Source: Buchnera aphidicola (Nurudea shiraii)
Lineage (GTDB): Bacteria > Pseudomonadota > Gammaproteobacteria > Enterobacterales > Enterobacteriaceae
Assembly: GCA_039829955.1 (NCBI GenBank)
Contig: CP140035.1
Coordinates: forward strand, 18,935-82,934
Length of the DNA: 64,000 nt
Reading direction: 5' to 3'
Position 1 is the first letter of the stretch, and every line of letters begins with the position of its first letter. A program made the translations under genes and the position numbers. The notes under the pieces were generated by a model that was given only the letters and a program-made list of their open reading frames with translations, did not search any database and was not told the origin of the DNA. Positions 23,796 to 34,175 of this stretch are shown piece by piece.

Positions 23796-24293
23796 TTATA
23801 TTTTATGTTTTGTTTCTTTTATAGATATAAGAGCGCGTATTAATTTTCCTATAGTTATTTCTTTTATAGTTATTATTAGTTTGTATATTGCTTCATTATA
23901 TGTAAGCATGTCTGATAATATGTTTATATTAGACTGAGATAATATTTGACCTTCAAAAACAGCTCCGATAATTTTAAAGTTTTTGTTTTTTGTTGAAAAT
24001 TCTTTAAATAGTTTTGCTGCGCTTCTTGGATGATCTATAGAGTAACCTATTAGTACTGGACCAACTAATAGTTTTTTTAGGCATGAAAAATGAGTACCTT
24101 TAATACCTAATTTTATTAAAGTATTTTTAAAAACTCCTAGTTTGACACCTATTTTTCGGGCTAATTTTCGTAATTCAGTGATTTCGTTTACTTTTACGTT
24201 TCTTGAATTAGCAATAACTATTGACAATGCATTTTTAGCTGTATTATGTATTTCAGTAACAATTTCTTTTTTTTTTTGAAGATTTAATATCAT
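23796..24293 (-). CDS. rplJ: 50S ribosomal protein L10
   Basis: 165 aa; MILNLQKKKEIVTEI matches E. coli MALNLQDKQAIVAEV. Codons 6-9 are an in-frame A11 tract (24267-24277 as T). Confidence 0.96.
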   Translation of the reverse strand: MILNLQKKKEIVTEIHNTAKNALSIVIANSRNVKVNEITELRKLARKIGVKLGVFKNTLIKLGIKGTHFSCLKKLLVGPVLIGYSIDHPRSAAKLFKEFSTKNKNFKIIGAVFEGQILSQSNINILSDMLTYNEAIYKLIITIKEITIGKLIRALISIKETKHKI

Positions 24294-24563
24294 TAATTTA
24301 AATACTCCTAAATTTGATTAAAATTACAGAAATAATTTTATTTGTAAAAAATAAAAACTAGCAACTTTATTCATATAATTTTAAAAAATTTCAATTTTTG
24401 AGTATGTCAATAGAATAATTAAAATTATATATTTTAAAATTTAGATGATAAGTAAATATTTTCAAATATGTTTAAACTGAAAGTATTAATTATAGATATT
24501 AATTAAGAAATGAATCTTTTATTGTAAAGAATTTTTCTTTCAGAGTAAAGCAAAATTAAGTAA
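24294..24563 (-). promoter_or_regulatory. Possible rplJ leader (L10-L12 autoregulatory region in E. coli)
   Basis: A 270-nt untranslated spacer is retained between rplA and rplJ in a compacted genome. This is a positional analogy only; I could not verify the structure by eye. Confidence 0.3.
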
Positions 24564-25259
24564 TTACAGAGTTAAACTATTTAAGTTAATATTTACTCCT
24601 AAGCTCATGGTGGTTGATAGGGTTATTTTTTTTATGTAGGGTCCTTTTAAAGTTTTAGGTTTGAATTTTTTTAAAGATTTTATTAAAGAATTTAAATTTT
24701 CCTTTATATTTTTACTTAAGAAATTAATTTTTCCAATTGAAGTATGTATTATTCCATTTTTATCACTTTTATAATTTATTTGACCGTTTTTGGCATTTTT
24801 AATTGCGTATTCAAGATTATTAGTTACTGTACCTAATTTCAAATGTGGCATAAGACCTCTAGGTCCTAATATAGGTCCTAGTTTATTTACGAATTTCATA
24901 ACTTCAGTAGAAGCAATAGCAATGTTAAAATCGATTCCATGTACTTGTATATGTTTTATTAAATCATGTAATCCCACATATTCTGCACCACATCTTTTTG
25001 CAACTTCTATATTTTCATCTTGAGTAAATACTGCTACTTTTATTAATTTTCCAATGCCATGAGGTAATATAGTACTTCCTCGTATGTTTTGATCAGATTT
25101 TTTAGAGTTGATTCCTAAATTAATAGATACATCTATACTTTCATTGAATTTAGAAACAGCAATTTTTTTAAGTAAAAGAATGCTTTCTTCTATGTCAAAT
25201 ATTTTTTTGTTTTTAACTAAATTATGCATAAATTGCATTTTTTTAGTAAGTTTTTTCAT
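24564..25259 (-). CDS. rplA: 50S ribosomal protein L1
   Basis: 231 aa, L1-like throughout. Its ATG directly abuts the rplK stop (TAAATG). Confidence 0.97.
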   Translation of the reverse strand: MKKLTKKMQFMHNLVKNKKIFDIEESILLLKKIAVSKFNESIDVSINLGINSKKSDQNIRGSTILPHGIGKLIKVAVFTQDENIEVAKRCGAEYVGLHDLIKHIQVHGIDFNIAIASTEVMKFVNKLGPILGPRGLMPHLKLGTVTNNLEYAIKNAKNGQINYKSDKNGIIHTSIGKINFLSKNIKENLNSLIKSLKKFKPKTLKGPYIKKITLSTTMSLGVNINLNSLTL

Positions 25260-25691
25260 TTACTTTCCTTTTATAGTTAATCCTATAGAATTAGCAGTTC
25301 CTATAATAGATTTAGCCATTTTTTCAATATTAGATCCAGTCATATCAGTTTGTTTTATTTTAGCAATTTCTATTATTTGTTGATAAGTTATTTCTCCTAC
25401 TTTCTCTGTATTAGGTTTAGAAGAACCAGATTTAATTCCTATTGCTTTTTTTAATAATATAGAAGCAGGTGGAGTTTTAATGATGAAAGAAAACGTTTTA
25501 TCTGAATAAACGGTTATTACAGTAGGAATAGGTAATCCTTTTTCTAAGTGATTAGTTTTTGTATTAAATAGTTTGCAAAATTCCATAATATTTAAACCTT
25601 TTTGACCTAAAGCTGGTCCGACTGGAGGACTAGGATTTGCCATTCCTGCTAAAACTTGAAGTTTGATATAAGTTTGTATTTTTTTAGCCAT
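25260..25691 (-). CDS. rplK: 50S ribosomal protein L11
   Basis: 143 aa, [43 protein letters not shown]. Confidence 0.98.
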   Translation of the reverse strand: MAKKIQTYIKLQVLAGMANPSPPVGPALGQKGLNIMEFCKLFNTKTNHLEKGLPIPTVITVYSDKTFSFIIKTPPASILLKKAIGIKSGSSKPNTEKVGEITYQQIIEIAKIKQTDMTGSNIEKMAKSIIGTANSIGLTIKGK

Positions 25692-25780
25692 ATTGTTCTC
25701 CTAATTTTTTAAAAATTTAATTTTATATTGTTTTATAAAAATCAAGAAATATAGGTTAGTTTTTAATTAAAATGACATGT

Positions 25781-26326
25781 TCAATTCTTTTTCACTTGCC
25801 CGAAATCTAGTTCTACAGGAGTAGATCTTCCGAATATTGAAACTGATACTTTCAATCTATTTTTTTCATAATCAACTTGTTCTACTACTCCATTAAAATC
25901 TAAAAATGGTCCATCATTTACTCTAACTATTTCTCCAGGTTCAAATAATGTTTTTGGTCTAGGTTTATCTCCTATTTGTTTAAGTCTATTAATAATAATG
26001 TTGACCTCTCGGTCACTAATTGGAGAAGGTTTATCAGATGTTCCTCCTATAAATCCTAATACGTGAGGTATACTTCGAATTAAGTGCCAACTTGAATCGT
26101 TCATGATCATTTGAATGAGTACATATCCTGGAAAAAATTTATATTCGCTTTTTTTTTGTTTTCCTGCTTTAATTTCTACTACTTCTTCAGTTGGTACCAT
26201 GACTTCTCCAAATAATTGTTCCATATTATTTAATTTAATATGTTCTCGTATTGATTTCATAATACGATTTTCAAACCCAGAAAATGCTTGTAATACGTAC
26301 CATCGTTTTTGAGGATTTTTATACAT
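25781..26326 (-). CDS. nusG: Transcription termination/antitermination factor NusG
   Basis: 181 aa (E. coli 181), [15 protein letters not shown]..., KOW region [43 protein letters not shown]. Confidence 0.97.
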   Translation of the reverse strand: MYKNPQKRWYVLQAFSGFENRIMKSIREHIKLNNMEQLFGEVMVPTEEVVEIKAGKQKKSEYKFFPGYVLIQMIMNDSSWHLIRSIPHVLGFIGGTSDKPSPISDREVNIIINRLKQIGDKPRPKTLFEPGEIVRVNDGPFLDFNGVVEQVDYEKNRLKVSVSIFGRSTPVELDFGQVKKN

Positions 26327-26327
26327 A

Positions 26328-26711
26328 TTATATCCTTAAACTAGTAAAAAATGATACAACTCGGATTAAAATATTATCTAATCCCCATAAAATTAAAGAA
26401 ATTACAATAGTTACAATAATTACAATAATAGTTGTATGAAATGTTTCTTTTAAGTGAGGCCAGTGTATTTTTTTTGTTTCTTTTTTTGTTTCATTTATTA
26501 AAAATAGTATTTTTTTTCCTTGTTTAGTTAAAAAAATTATTGTAATAATTAAACTAATTAAAAGTGTTGTTATGGTTATATGAAGTAACGAAGATAAACT
26601 ACTATAATAATAGTGATTAAAAAGTATCAATATTATTAGTATTCCTATACTAACCAATTTTAGTATATTTGAAATACAATGTTTTTTGTGTGGTTTTATT
26701 TTTTTAGCCAT
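26328..26711 (-). CDS. secE: Preprotein translocase subunit SecE
   Basis: 127 aa (E. coli 127), three hydrophobic segments, directly upstream of nusG (1-nt gap) as in E. coli. Confidence 0.9.
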   Translation of the reverse strand: MAKKIKPHKKHCISNILKLVSIGILIILILFNHYYYSSLSSLLHITITTLLISLIITIIFLTKQGKKILFLINETKKETKKIHWPHLKETFHTTIIVIIVTIVISLILWGLDNILIRVVSFFTSLRI

Positions 26712-27068
26712 GTATTATCCTATAATATATGATATTTTAAATATGTAGTTTGTTTAGTTTATGTTGAAAATAGAAATAATTTTAAATTAACATATATAAT
26801 ACGAATGCTTTGAATGGAATCATATAGTTTTCTACTGTTAGTAATTTAATTTCATACAATTTAATTAGTTTTATGTGATATATGAAGAATATACTTTAGT
26901 GAAACTAAAAGTATATACGAATTTTCGTTAAATGATTTAGATTAATAAAGTGAAGAGATTTTTTGAATTTTGTTATTTATAAAAGATTTTAAACGTATTT
27001 TTTAAAAATTAATTTTATGTTTTTTATATAAATATAAATTTATAAATGTTTGTATAATTTTTTTATAA

Positions 27069-27141
27069 TGCTGATACCCAGGATTAAACTGGGGACCTCA
27101 TCCTTACCAAGGATGTGCTCTATCAACTGAGCTATATCAGC
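27069..27141 (-). tRNA. thrT: tRNA-Thr (anticodon GGU)
   Basis: Minus strand GCTGATATAGCTCAGTTGATAGAGCACATCCTTGGTAAGGATGAGGTCCCCAGTTTAATCCTGGGTATCAGCA. The cloverleaf folds; anticodon loop TTGGTAA. The 3' flank is TTA, so no CCA is encoded. Confidence 0.93.
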
Positions 27142-27154
27142 CTCAGATGTTTTA

Positions 27155-27226
<72 letters not shown>

Positions 27227-27267
27227 ACATCTAATTATTTTAAAATATACACAAATTTTCTTTATGA

Positions 27268-27349
27268 TGGTGGGAGAAGGATTCGAACCTTCGAAGTCTA
27301 TGACGGCAAATTTACAGTCTGCTCCCTTTAACCGCTCGGGAATCCCACC
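27268..27349 (-). tRNA. tyrU: tRNA-Tyr (anticodon GUA)
   Basis: GGTGGGATTCCCGAGCGGTTAAAGGGAGCAGACTGTAAATTTGCCGTCATAGACTTCGAAGGTTCGAATCCTTCTCCCACCA. Long variable arm, loop CTGTAAA. The 3' flank is TCA, so no CCA is encoded. Confidence 0.93.
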
Positions 27350-27379
27350 TTTATATTTTGTATCGTTTATAATTTCTTT

Positions 27380-27452
27380 TGCCGGCTACCGGAATCGAAC
27401 TGGTTACCTACTGATTACAAGTCAGTCGCTCTACCTTTTGAGCTAAGCCGGC
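27380..27452 (-). tRNA. thrU: tRNA-Thr (anticodon UGU)
   Basis: GCCGGCTTAGCTCAAAAGGTAGAGCGACTGACTTGTAATCAGTAGGTAACCAGTTCGATTCCGGTAGCCGGCA. Loop CTTGTAA. The 3' flank is AAA, so no CCA is encoded. Operon order thrU-tyrU-glyT-thrT matches E. coli. Confidence 0.93.
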
Positions 27453-27629
27453 TTTGTTCTTAATATATTACGTATAGATTTAATTTTATGCAATGAAAAT
27501 TTAACATTAATTACATACTATTTAAATAAATTTTAATATTTTGAAAATATTTTTAATTTTTTAAGAAAACTTGTTTTTATGATTTTAGAATAGTATTCTA
27601 TAAATATAAATTTTAAAAATCAAGCTATC

Positions 27630-28433
27630 GTGAAAAATTTATATTTGAGTTCAAGCATTAAGGACATTTTAAAATATTTAGTTCAGGATATTTTAAAAAA
27701 TGATTTAATGCATTTAAAATTAGGAACATGTGAGAATAAAAAGCCTTATATTTTAGGAGTAACTGGGAGTGTAGCAGTTGGAAAAAGTACGATGTCTCAT
27801 AAGTTAAAATTAGGATTGCAAAATTATTTCACTAAAAAAAATGTTTCTGTAGTTACAACAGATAGTTTTTTATTTTCTAATGAAATTTTGAGTAGTTTAG
27901 GGTTAATGAAGCATAAGGGATTTCCTGATACATATGACATTAGAAAATTAATAGATTTTTTTTTAAAAATTCAATCAGGAATTTCAAACATTGTTATTCC
28001 AGTATATTCTCATTTTTTTCAAAATGTTGTTTTAAATAGTAATAAAATGATAGAAAATTCAGATATTTTTATTATAGAGGGCTTACATATTTTAAATCCT
28101 TCTTTTTATATGACAAAAAAACGTAATTCATTCTTGTTGTCAAAGTTTTTTAATTGTTCGATTTATATAGATGCAGATGATTTATTTTTAAAAGAATGGT
28201 ATCTTAGTCGTTTTTTATATTTAAGAAAAATGTCGAAATTTTATCCGGATTCTTTTTTTAATTTTTATTATAAAATGTCTTTAAATGATGCGATAAATGT
28301 TGCTAGTAAAACATGGTATGAAGTTAATTATAAAAATTTAAAAAAAAATATTTTTTTAACTCAAGAATATGCTGATTTTATTGTAATTAAAGATTTTAAT
28401 CATGACATTAATTGTATAAAAATTGTTAACTAA
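27630..28433 (+). CDS. coaA: Type I pantothenate kinase, N-terminally short
   Basis: P-loop GVTGSVAVGKST, then VVTTDSFLF, GLMKHKGFPDTYD, PVYSH, IIEGLHILN, collinear with E. coli CoaA residues ~47-316. GTG start. Divergent from the thrU operon as in E. coli. Confidence 0.88.
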   Translation: MKNLYLSSSIKDILKYLVQDILKNDLMHLKLGTCENKKPYILGVTGSVAVGKSTMSHKLKLGLQNYFTKKNVSVVTTDSFLFSNEILSSLGLMKHKGFPDTYDIRKLIDFFLKIQSGISNIVIPVYSHFFQNVVLNSNKMIENSDIFIIEGLHILNPSFYMTKKRNSFLLSKFFNCSIYIDADDLFLKEWYLSRFLYLRKMSKFYPDSFFNFYYKMSLNDAINVASKTWYEVNYKNLKKNIFLTQEYADFIVIKDFNHDINCIKIVN

Positions 28434-28546
28434 ATTTTTTAGAACGGAGTATTATCTACACTTCAAATTATTTTCTGTTTCAAAAGAATGCAGTGTTATT
28501 AAAATAAGAGGATATAACAGTTATATTATTATGTTTATGTTCATTA

Positions 28547-29557
28547 TTAAAGAATATTATTTTTTCCGATAATATTAATTTCTTTTTCAAGAAAAATATT
28601 AAATTTTTCGTATACTTTTTTTTGTATTATTTTTGCCAAAATTAGTATGTTTTGAGAAGTACAATTATATTCGTTTACGAGTATTAATGCTTGTTTATCG
28701 TGTACTTTAGCTCCTCCAATGCGATATCCCTTTAATTGACATTTTTCAATTAACCATCCTGCTGAAATTTTTACATTTTCATTATTTTCAGGATAGTTAG
28801 GTACGTTTTTATATTTACATAAAAGTTTTTTAGCATGGCTTTTTTTAATGATTGGATTTTTAAAGAAACTTCCAGCGTGTCCTACATTTTTTAAATTAGG
28901 AAATTTTTTATTTCTAATTTTTTTTATAAAATTAAAAATTTCAAGTGCGGTGATATTTTTGTTATTAGTTTGTTGTAAACGTAGATGAATTACATTAGGA
29001 GACCATTTTTTTTTAAGTTTAATTCCTACAGATAAAATTATATAATTATGATCGTGTGTATTCTTAAAAATACTATTTCTGTATTCAAACATGCAATATT
29101 TTGATTGTATTTTTGTTATATTACAACTCGTTAAAGATAAAATTTCTACATAATCACATATATCTTTAAATTCTAATCCATATGCTCCTATGTTTTGAAT
29201 TGGAGCTGCCCCTACTGTTCCAGGAATAAAGGCTAAGTTTTCTAACCCATAAATTCCTAATTTTAATGTATATGTGACTAAGTTATGCCATTTTACTCCT
29301 CCTTTAGCATTTATTAACCAATATTCACGATTTTCTAAAATTTTTATTCCTGAAATTTTATTAATTGCTACAATCCCATTATAATTTTTAGAAAATAATG
29401 TGTTACTTCCTTCGCCTAATAATATAAAAGAAGACTTTTTTTTACACATGTTCCATGTTTTAATAAGAACACGTATGTTGCTTACTATAACTATCTTTTT
29501 CGCGTATACATCAATTTTAAATGTATGGAATTTTTTTAACGATTGATTTGCATGCAT
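28547..29557 (-). CDS. murB: UDP-N-acetylenolpyruvoylglucosamine reductase
   Basis: 336 aa, FAD-binding MurB fold (LKKFHTF..., ILLGEGSNTLF, GAAPIQNIGAYG, AGSFFKNP, SAGWLIEKCQLKGYRIGGAKVHDKQALILVN). Confidence 0.94.
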   Translation of the reverse strand: MHANQSLKKFHTFKIDVYAKKIVIVSNIRVLIKTWNMCKKKSSFILLGEGSNTLFSKNYNGIVAINKISGIKILENREYWLINAKGGVKWHNLVTYTLKLGIYGLENLAFIPGTVGAAPIQNIGAYGLEFKDICDYVEILSLTSCNITKIQSKYCMFEYRNSIFKNTHDHNYIILSVGIKLKKKWSPNVIHLRLQQTNNKNITALEIFNFIKKIRNKKFPNLKNVGHAGSFFKNPIIKKSHAKKLLCKYKNVPNYPENNENVKISAGWLIEKCQLKGYRIGGAKVHDKQALILVNEYNCTSQNILILAKIIQKKVYEKFNIFLEKEINIIGKNNIL

Positions 29558-29751
29558 TTTTGAATTTTATTTTTAATCTTTTCGTGAAACGTTACAAGTT
29601 TAGTTTTATAACATCATTGTTGAAAGATATTAAATTAGTAATTTATAGTTTTATTCTAATAAAAACGATATTTTATCTAGATTAAATCAATTAACTTCAA
29701 GATTTTAATAATATAAAAATTTCAATTTTCTATTTTGATAGGAATTATAAT

Positions 29752-30645
29752 ATGTATGTATGTGACATTCATTGTTATGAAGTATTGAATGAATACTTAG
29801 TTAATGTTCGTGAAAAAATTAACGTATCATTTGAATTATTTCCTCCTAAAGATTTAATATCACGAAAAAAATTGTTTAAAACAGTTAACAAATTAAAGTT
29901 ATTACATCCAGTTTTTTTTTCAGTAACATGCGGAGCGTTTTTTGAAACAAGAAACAATACATATAATATTGCAAATGAAATTAAAAATCAAACTAATATA
30001 GAAACTGTTCCTCATCTTACATGTTCTAATATGACTAAAGATGAATTAGTAGAAATTGCAAAAAAATATTGGAATAGTGGTTTTCGTAGTATCTTAGCAT
30101 TAAGAGGAGATTTTAAAAATTTTGAGAAAAAAACAGTGATGTATGCTGTTGATTTGATAAAAATATTAAAATGTGTTGCTAATTTTAATATTTTAGTTGC
30201 TGCTTATCCAGAATTACATCCTGAGTCTCGTAGCGCTGAAGTTGATTTAATCAACTTAAAAAGAAAAATAGACGCTGGTGCTAACTGTGCTATTACTCAG
30301 TTTTTTTTTAGTACTACTCATTTTTTGAAGTTTAGAGATTTATGTGTACGAAGCGGAATTACTATAGATATTATTCCAGGTATTTTTCCTATTTTCAATT
30401 TTAAACAATTATGTAATTTTTCCAAGATGAGTAATGTAACAATTCCAACTTGGATTTATCATATGTTTAATGGATTAGAAAATGATCTCAAAAGAAGTGA
30501 AATTATTGGAACGAGCATAGCTATAGATATGGTCAAAGTACTTTATAAAGAAGGAATTAGAAATTTTCATTTTTATGCGTTAAATAAGTCAAATATGGTT
30601 ATTTCTATATGCCATATTTTAGGAAAAAAACTTTGTTCTGTTTAA
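29752..30645 (+). CDS. metF: 5,10-methylenetetrahydrofolate reductase
   Basis: 297 aa; INVSFELFPPK..., FFSVTCGA, VPHLTC and ILALRGD align with E. coli MetF (296 aa). Confidence 0.93.
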   Translation: MYVCDIHCYEVLNEYLVNVREKINVSFELFPPKDLISRKKLFKTVNKLKLLHPVFFSVTCGAFFETRNNTYNIANEIKNQTNIETVPHLTCSNMTKDELVEIAKKYWNSGFRSILALRGDFKNFEKKTVMYAVDLIKILKCVANFNILVAAYPELHPESRSAEVDLINLKRKIDAGANCAITQFFFSTTHFLKFRDLCVRSGITIDIIPGIFPIFNFKQLCNFSKMSNVTIPTWIYHMFNGLENDLKRSEIIGTSIAIDMVKVLYKEGIRNFHFYALNKSNMVISICHILGKKLCSV

Positions 30646-30977
30646 CGTTTTGTATAATTATATTTATAAATTAATATTTATGTTGTTGATTTATTTTATT
30701 AACATATTGAAAGTTAATATATGGTATTTTATAAATACTAGATATAAAATTTTGGTTTAAATTTTTGTTTTAATACAAATATTAAAATTTTAATTTTTTA
30801 AAATATATGAAATATAACATTTTAAAAAATAAATTAATATTTGTATTATAGAATTATTAGTTTATATATAAGATGTTTAAATATCTGAGTACTTATAAGA
30901 AGTATAGAATAATTATTTTTTATAAAAAGTCGTATGATTAAAACATACGTTATAATGCGCGATTTATCAGGATCATC

Positions 30978-32195
30978 ATGAAAAACAAAAAAGATTATAA
31001 AAAAGTTGTTGTAGCCTATTCAGGTGGGTTAGATACATCGGCTATTATTCCTTGGATTAAAGAGAAATATAATTCAGATGTAATTGCATATGTTGCAGAT
31101 GTTGGGCAATCTAAAAATGATTTATATGATATTGAAAAAAAAGCACTTCAATCTGGGGCATCTCAGTGTATGGTTATTGATTTAAAAGAAGATTTTGTAA
31201 GAAATTATATTTATCCTGTATTGAAAACTGGAGCATTGTATGAAGGAAATTATTTATTGGGAACTGCATTAGCTCGACCTATTATAGCTAAAAAACAAGT
31301 AGAAGTTGCACTAAAATTAGGTGCTGACGGTGTATGTCACGGTGCAACTGGGAAAGGAAATGATCAAGTACGATTTGAAACTACATATGCTGCATTAGCA
31401 CCTCAATTAAAAGTTATTGCTCCTTGGAGAGAATGGGATTTACATTCACGTGAAGAATTACTCGTGTATTTAAAAGGAAAAAATATAAAAACAACTGCTA
31501 CTATTGAAAAAATTTATAGTAGAGACGAAAATATATGGCATATTTCAACAGAAGGTGGAGTTCTTGAAGATCCATGGAATATGTGTAAGGAAGATTGTTG
31601 GGTTTGGACTGTAGATCCTAAAAATGCACCTGATAAACCTGAAATTATTTCTTTAACAATACAAAACGGTTGTGTAGTAGCTGTGAACGGGGATTATCTT
31701 ACTCCGTTTAAGTGTTTAAAAAAGCTAAATACAATAGGATCTCGGCATGGTATTGGACGTGTTGACATTGTAGAAAATCGATTAGTAGGTATGAAATCTC
31801 GAGGTTGTTATGAAACTCCGGGCGGAACAATCATGTTTAATGCTTTACGTTTTATTGAACAATTAGTATTAGATCGAGATAGTTTTAAATGGAGGCAAAT
31901 TCTTGGACTAGAAATGTCATATGTAATTTACAATGGGAATTGGTTTAGTCCTATTCGAAAATCTATTCAAGCATCAGCTGATATATTATCTTTAGAATTA
32001 AATGGAGAAGTAATATTAGAGTTATATAAAGGAACGATTACTCCTCTTCGAAAATATTCATCTAATTCTCTATATTCCAAAGATTTTGTTACGTTTGGTT
32101 TAGATGATGTATACTGTCAATCTGATGCAAATGGTTTTATAAAAATTTTTTCTTTACCTTCTAGAATACGAGCAATGAGAAAAAGTTCTCATTAA
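30978..32195 (+). CDS. argG: Argininosuccinate synthase (type 1, ~400-aa class)
   Basis: [15 protein letters not shown] pyrophosphatase motif, [24 protein letters not shown]. 405 aa, resembling the short type 1 enzymes rather than the 447-aa E. coli type 2. Confidence 0.95.
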   Translation: MKNKKDYKKVVVAYSGGLDTSAIIPWIKEKYNSDVIAYVADVGQSKNDLYDIEKKALQSGASQCMVIDLKEDFVRNYIYPVLKTGALYEGNYLLGTALARPIIAKKQVEVALKLGADGVCHGATGKGNDQVRFETTYAALAPQLKVIAPWREWDLHSREELLVYLKGKNIKTTATIEKIYSRDENIWHISTEGGVLEDPWNMCKEDCWVWTVDPKNAPDKPEIISLTIQNGCVVAVNGDYLTPFKCLKKLNTIGSRHGIGRVDIVENRLVGMKSRGCYETPGGTIMFNALRFIEQLVLDRDSFKWRQILGLEMSYVIYNGNWFSPIRKSIQASADILSLELNGEVILELYKGTITPLRKYSSNSLYSKDFVTFGLDDVYCQSDANGFIKIFSLPSRIRAMRKSSH

Positions 32196-32273
32196 TTTAA
32201 CTATACTCATTGTAATGAAGATTATGTTTTAAGAAAAATGATAATTTTTCATAGTTAACGGAGTAAATATAAG

Positions 32274-33653
32274 ATGTTATGGGGAGGAAGATTTTTACGT
32301 GATTCTGATGCTTTTTTTAAACAATTTAATTCTTCTTTAAATGTTGATTATCAATTAGTAGAACAGGATATTTTTTCTTCTATAGCATGGTCTAAAGCGT
32401 TATTGAGTGTTGATGTATTAACAGTAGAAGAACAAAAAAGAATTGAAATTGCTTTAAACTCTTTGTGGGATTTAGTTAAAAACAGTCCTACTTGTATGTT
32501 AAAAAGTGATTCAGAAGATATACATAGTTGGGTAGAAAAAGAATTAATTAAAATTGTAGGAGAAATTGGAAAGAAATTACATACAGGTCGTAGTAGGAAC
32601 GATCAAGTAACTACTGATTTAAAGTTATGGTGTAAGTATAAGGTTAAAATTTTATTAAATCAAATTAAGAAATTCAAATTAGCATTAATTAAAAGTGCTG
32701 AAAAAAATCAAAGTATTATTATGCCTGGATATACGCATTTACAAAGAGCTCAACCTATTACTTTTTCTTTTTGGTGTTTAGCTTATATAGAAATGTTGGA
32801 TCGAGATGAAGATCGTTTAGAAGACGTATTAAAAAGATTGAATGTTAGTCCATTAGGTTGTGGAGCTCTTTCTGGGACTACATGGAATATTGACCGAGAC
32901 AAATTAGCTAAGGAAATGGGTTTTACCTCAGCTACTAAAAATAGTTTGGATAGTGTTTCAGATCGCGATTATATTATAGAATTAGCTTCAGTTGCATCTA
33001 TAGGAATGATTCATTTATCAAGGTTTTCTGAAGATTTAATTTTTTTTAATTCTTCTGAATCTAAATTTGTAACGTTTTCGGATGCGATTACTTCAGGTTC
33101 GTCTCTTATGCCTCAAAAAAAAAATCCAGATTCTTTAGAAATTATTAGATCTAAATCGGGAAGAGTAATTGGATTTTTGATTAGTATTTTAGTAATTTTA
33201 AAAGGTTTACCGTTATCTTATAATAAAGATATGCAAGAAGATAAAGAAGGATTATTTGACGCTTTAAAGACTTGGAGTAGATGTTTATTAATGTCTATTT
33301 TAGTTTTAGATAATTTAGAAGTTAATTATTCTACTTGTTTAAAAGCAGCAAACAAAGATTATTCTAATTCTACTGAATTGGCTGATTATTTAGTAAAAAA
33401 AGGTGTAACGTTTCGTGATGCACATTACATAACAGGGAAAATAGTATTAGAAGCTATTCAAAATAAACTTCCGTTAGAAAAGTTACATTTAAAAGTGTTA
33501 AAAAAACATTGTAATCTTATTGAATCTGATGTATATAAGCATTTGGAATTACGGGAAATTCTTAACAAAAGAAATTCCAAAGGAGGAGTGTCTTTTAAGC
33601 AAGTTCAAAGATCTATTAAAGAGATAAAGAAAAAGTTAAACATAAAGTTGTAA
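32274..33653 (+). CDS. argH: Argininosuccinate lyase
   Basis: 459 aa; MLWGGRF..., [10 protein letters not shown], signature [12 protein letters not shown] (encoded partly by an in-frame A10 tract, 33115-33124). GGAG before the ATG. Confidence 0.96.
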   Translation: MLWGGRFLRDSDAFFKQFNSSLNVDYQLVEQDIFSSIAWSKALLSVDVLTVEEQKRIEIALNSLWDLVKNSPTCMLKSDSEDIHSWVEKELIKIVGEIGKKLHTGRSRNDQVTTDLKLWCKYKVKILLNQIKKFKLALIKSAEKNQSIIMPGYTHLQRAQPITFSFWCLAYIEMLDRDEDRLEDVLKRLNVSPLGCGALSGTTWNIDRDKLAKEMGFTSATKNSLDSVSDRDYIIELASVASIGMIHLSRFSEDLIFFNSSESKFVTFSDAITSGSSLMPQKKNPDSLEIIRSKSGRVIGFLISILVILKGLPLSYNKDMQEDKEGLFDALKTWSRCLLMSILVLDNLEVNYSTCLKAANKDYSNSTELADYLVKKGVTFRDAHYITGKIVLEAIQNKLPLEKLHLKVLKKHCNLIESDVYKHLELREILNKRNSKGGVSFKQVQRSIKEIKKKLNIKL

Positions 33654-34175
33654 TCATCTTTTTAAAATCTTAATTATAAAATGTTATAATGTCTTAGTTG
33701 GAAAGTTAATATTTTATAAAAAAATTAAACAGTTTTTTAAAAACGTATTTAATATTATAAAATGTTTATGATATGTCGTAATTTGATAAATAATAAAATT
33801 TATGTTTTAAGAGTTTTATAATTAGTTTTGACATTATTACTTTAAATTTTATTATATATGTTATAACTTGAGTTAACATTAAAATGTTTTAATAAAAATT
33901 TATTTTTAAATATATGTAAATGTAATATTTAACTGATTTTTGTTAATTTTAAAAGAATTAAAACATTTATAAATTAAAATAGTGTACTATTTTTACAAAG
34001 TAAATTTTTAAAATAATAAAATAATGAGAAAATGTTATATTTATTAAAATGTTATGTACATTTATATGTATTCTATATGTATATTATTACTACAAGTTAA
34101 TATATCGTATATATAATACAAGAATTAAATTATTTTAATAACTGCATAATATATTTGTATTATTTGGAGAAAATT

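Noticed and set aside
23796-24293. Possible frameshift at the rplJ A11 tract, and likewise at the ftsY, dnaC, glmS, glmU, argH, crr and tamB A10-A11 tracts
   Set aside because: I checked codon by codon. All are in frame and the flanking protein sequence matches homologues on both sides.
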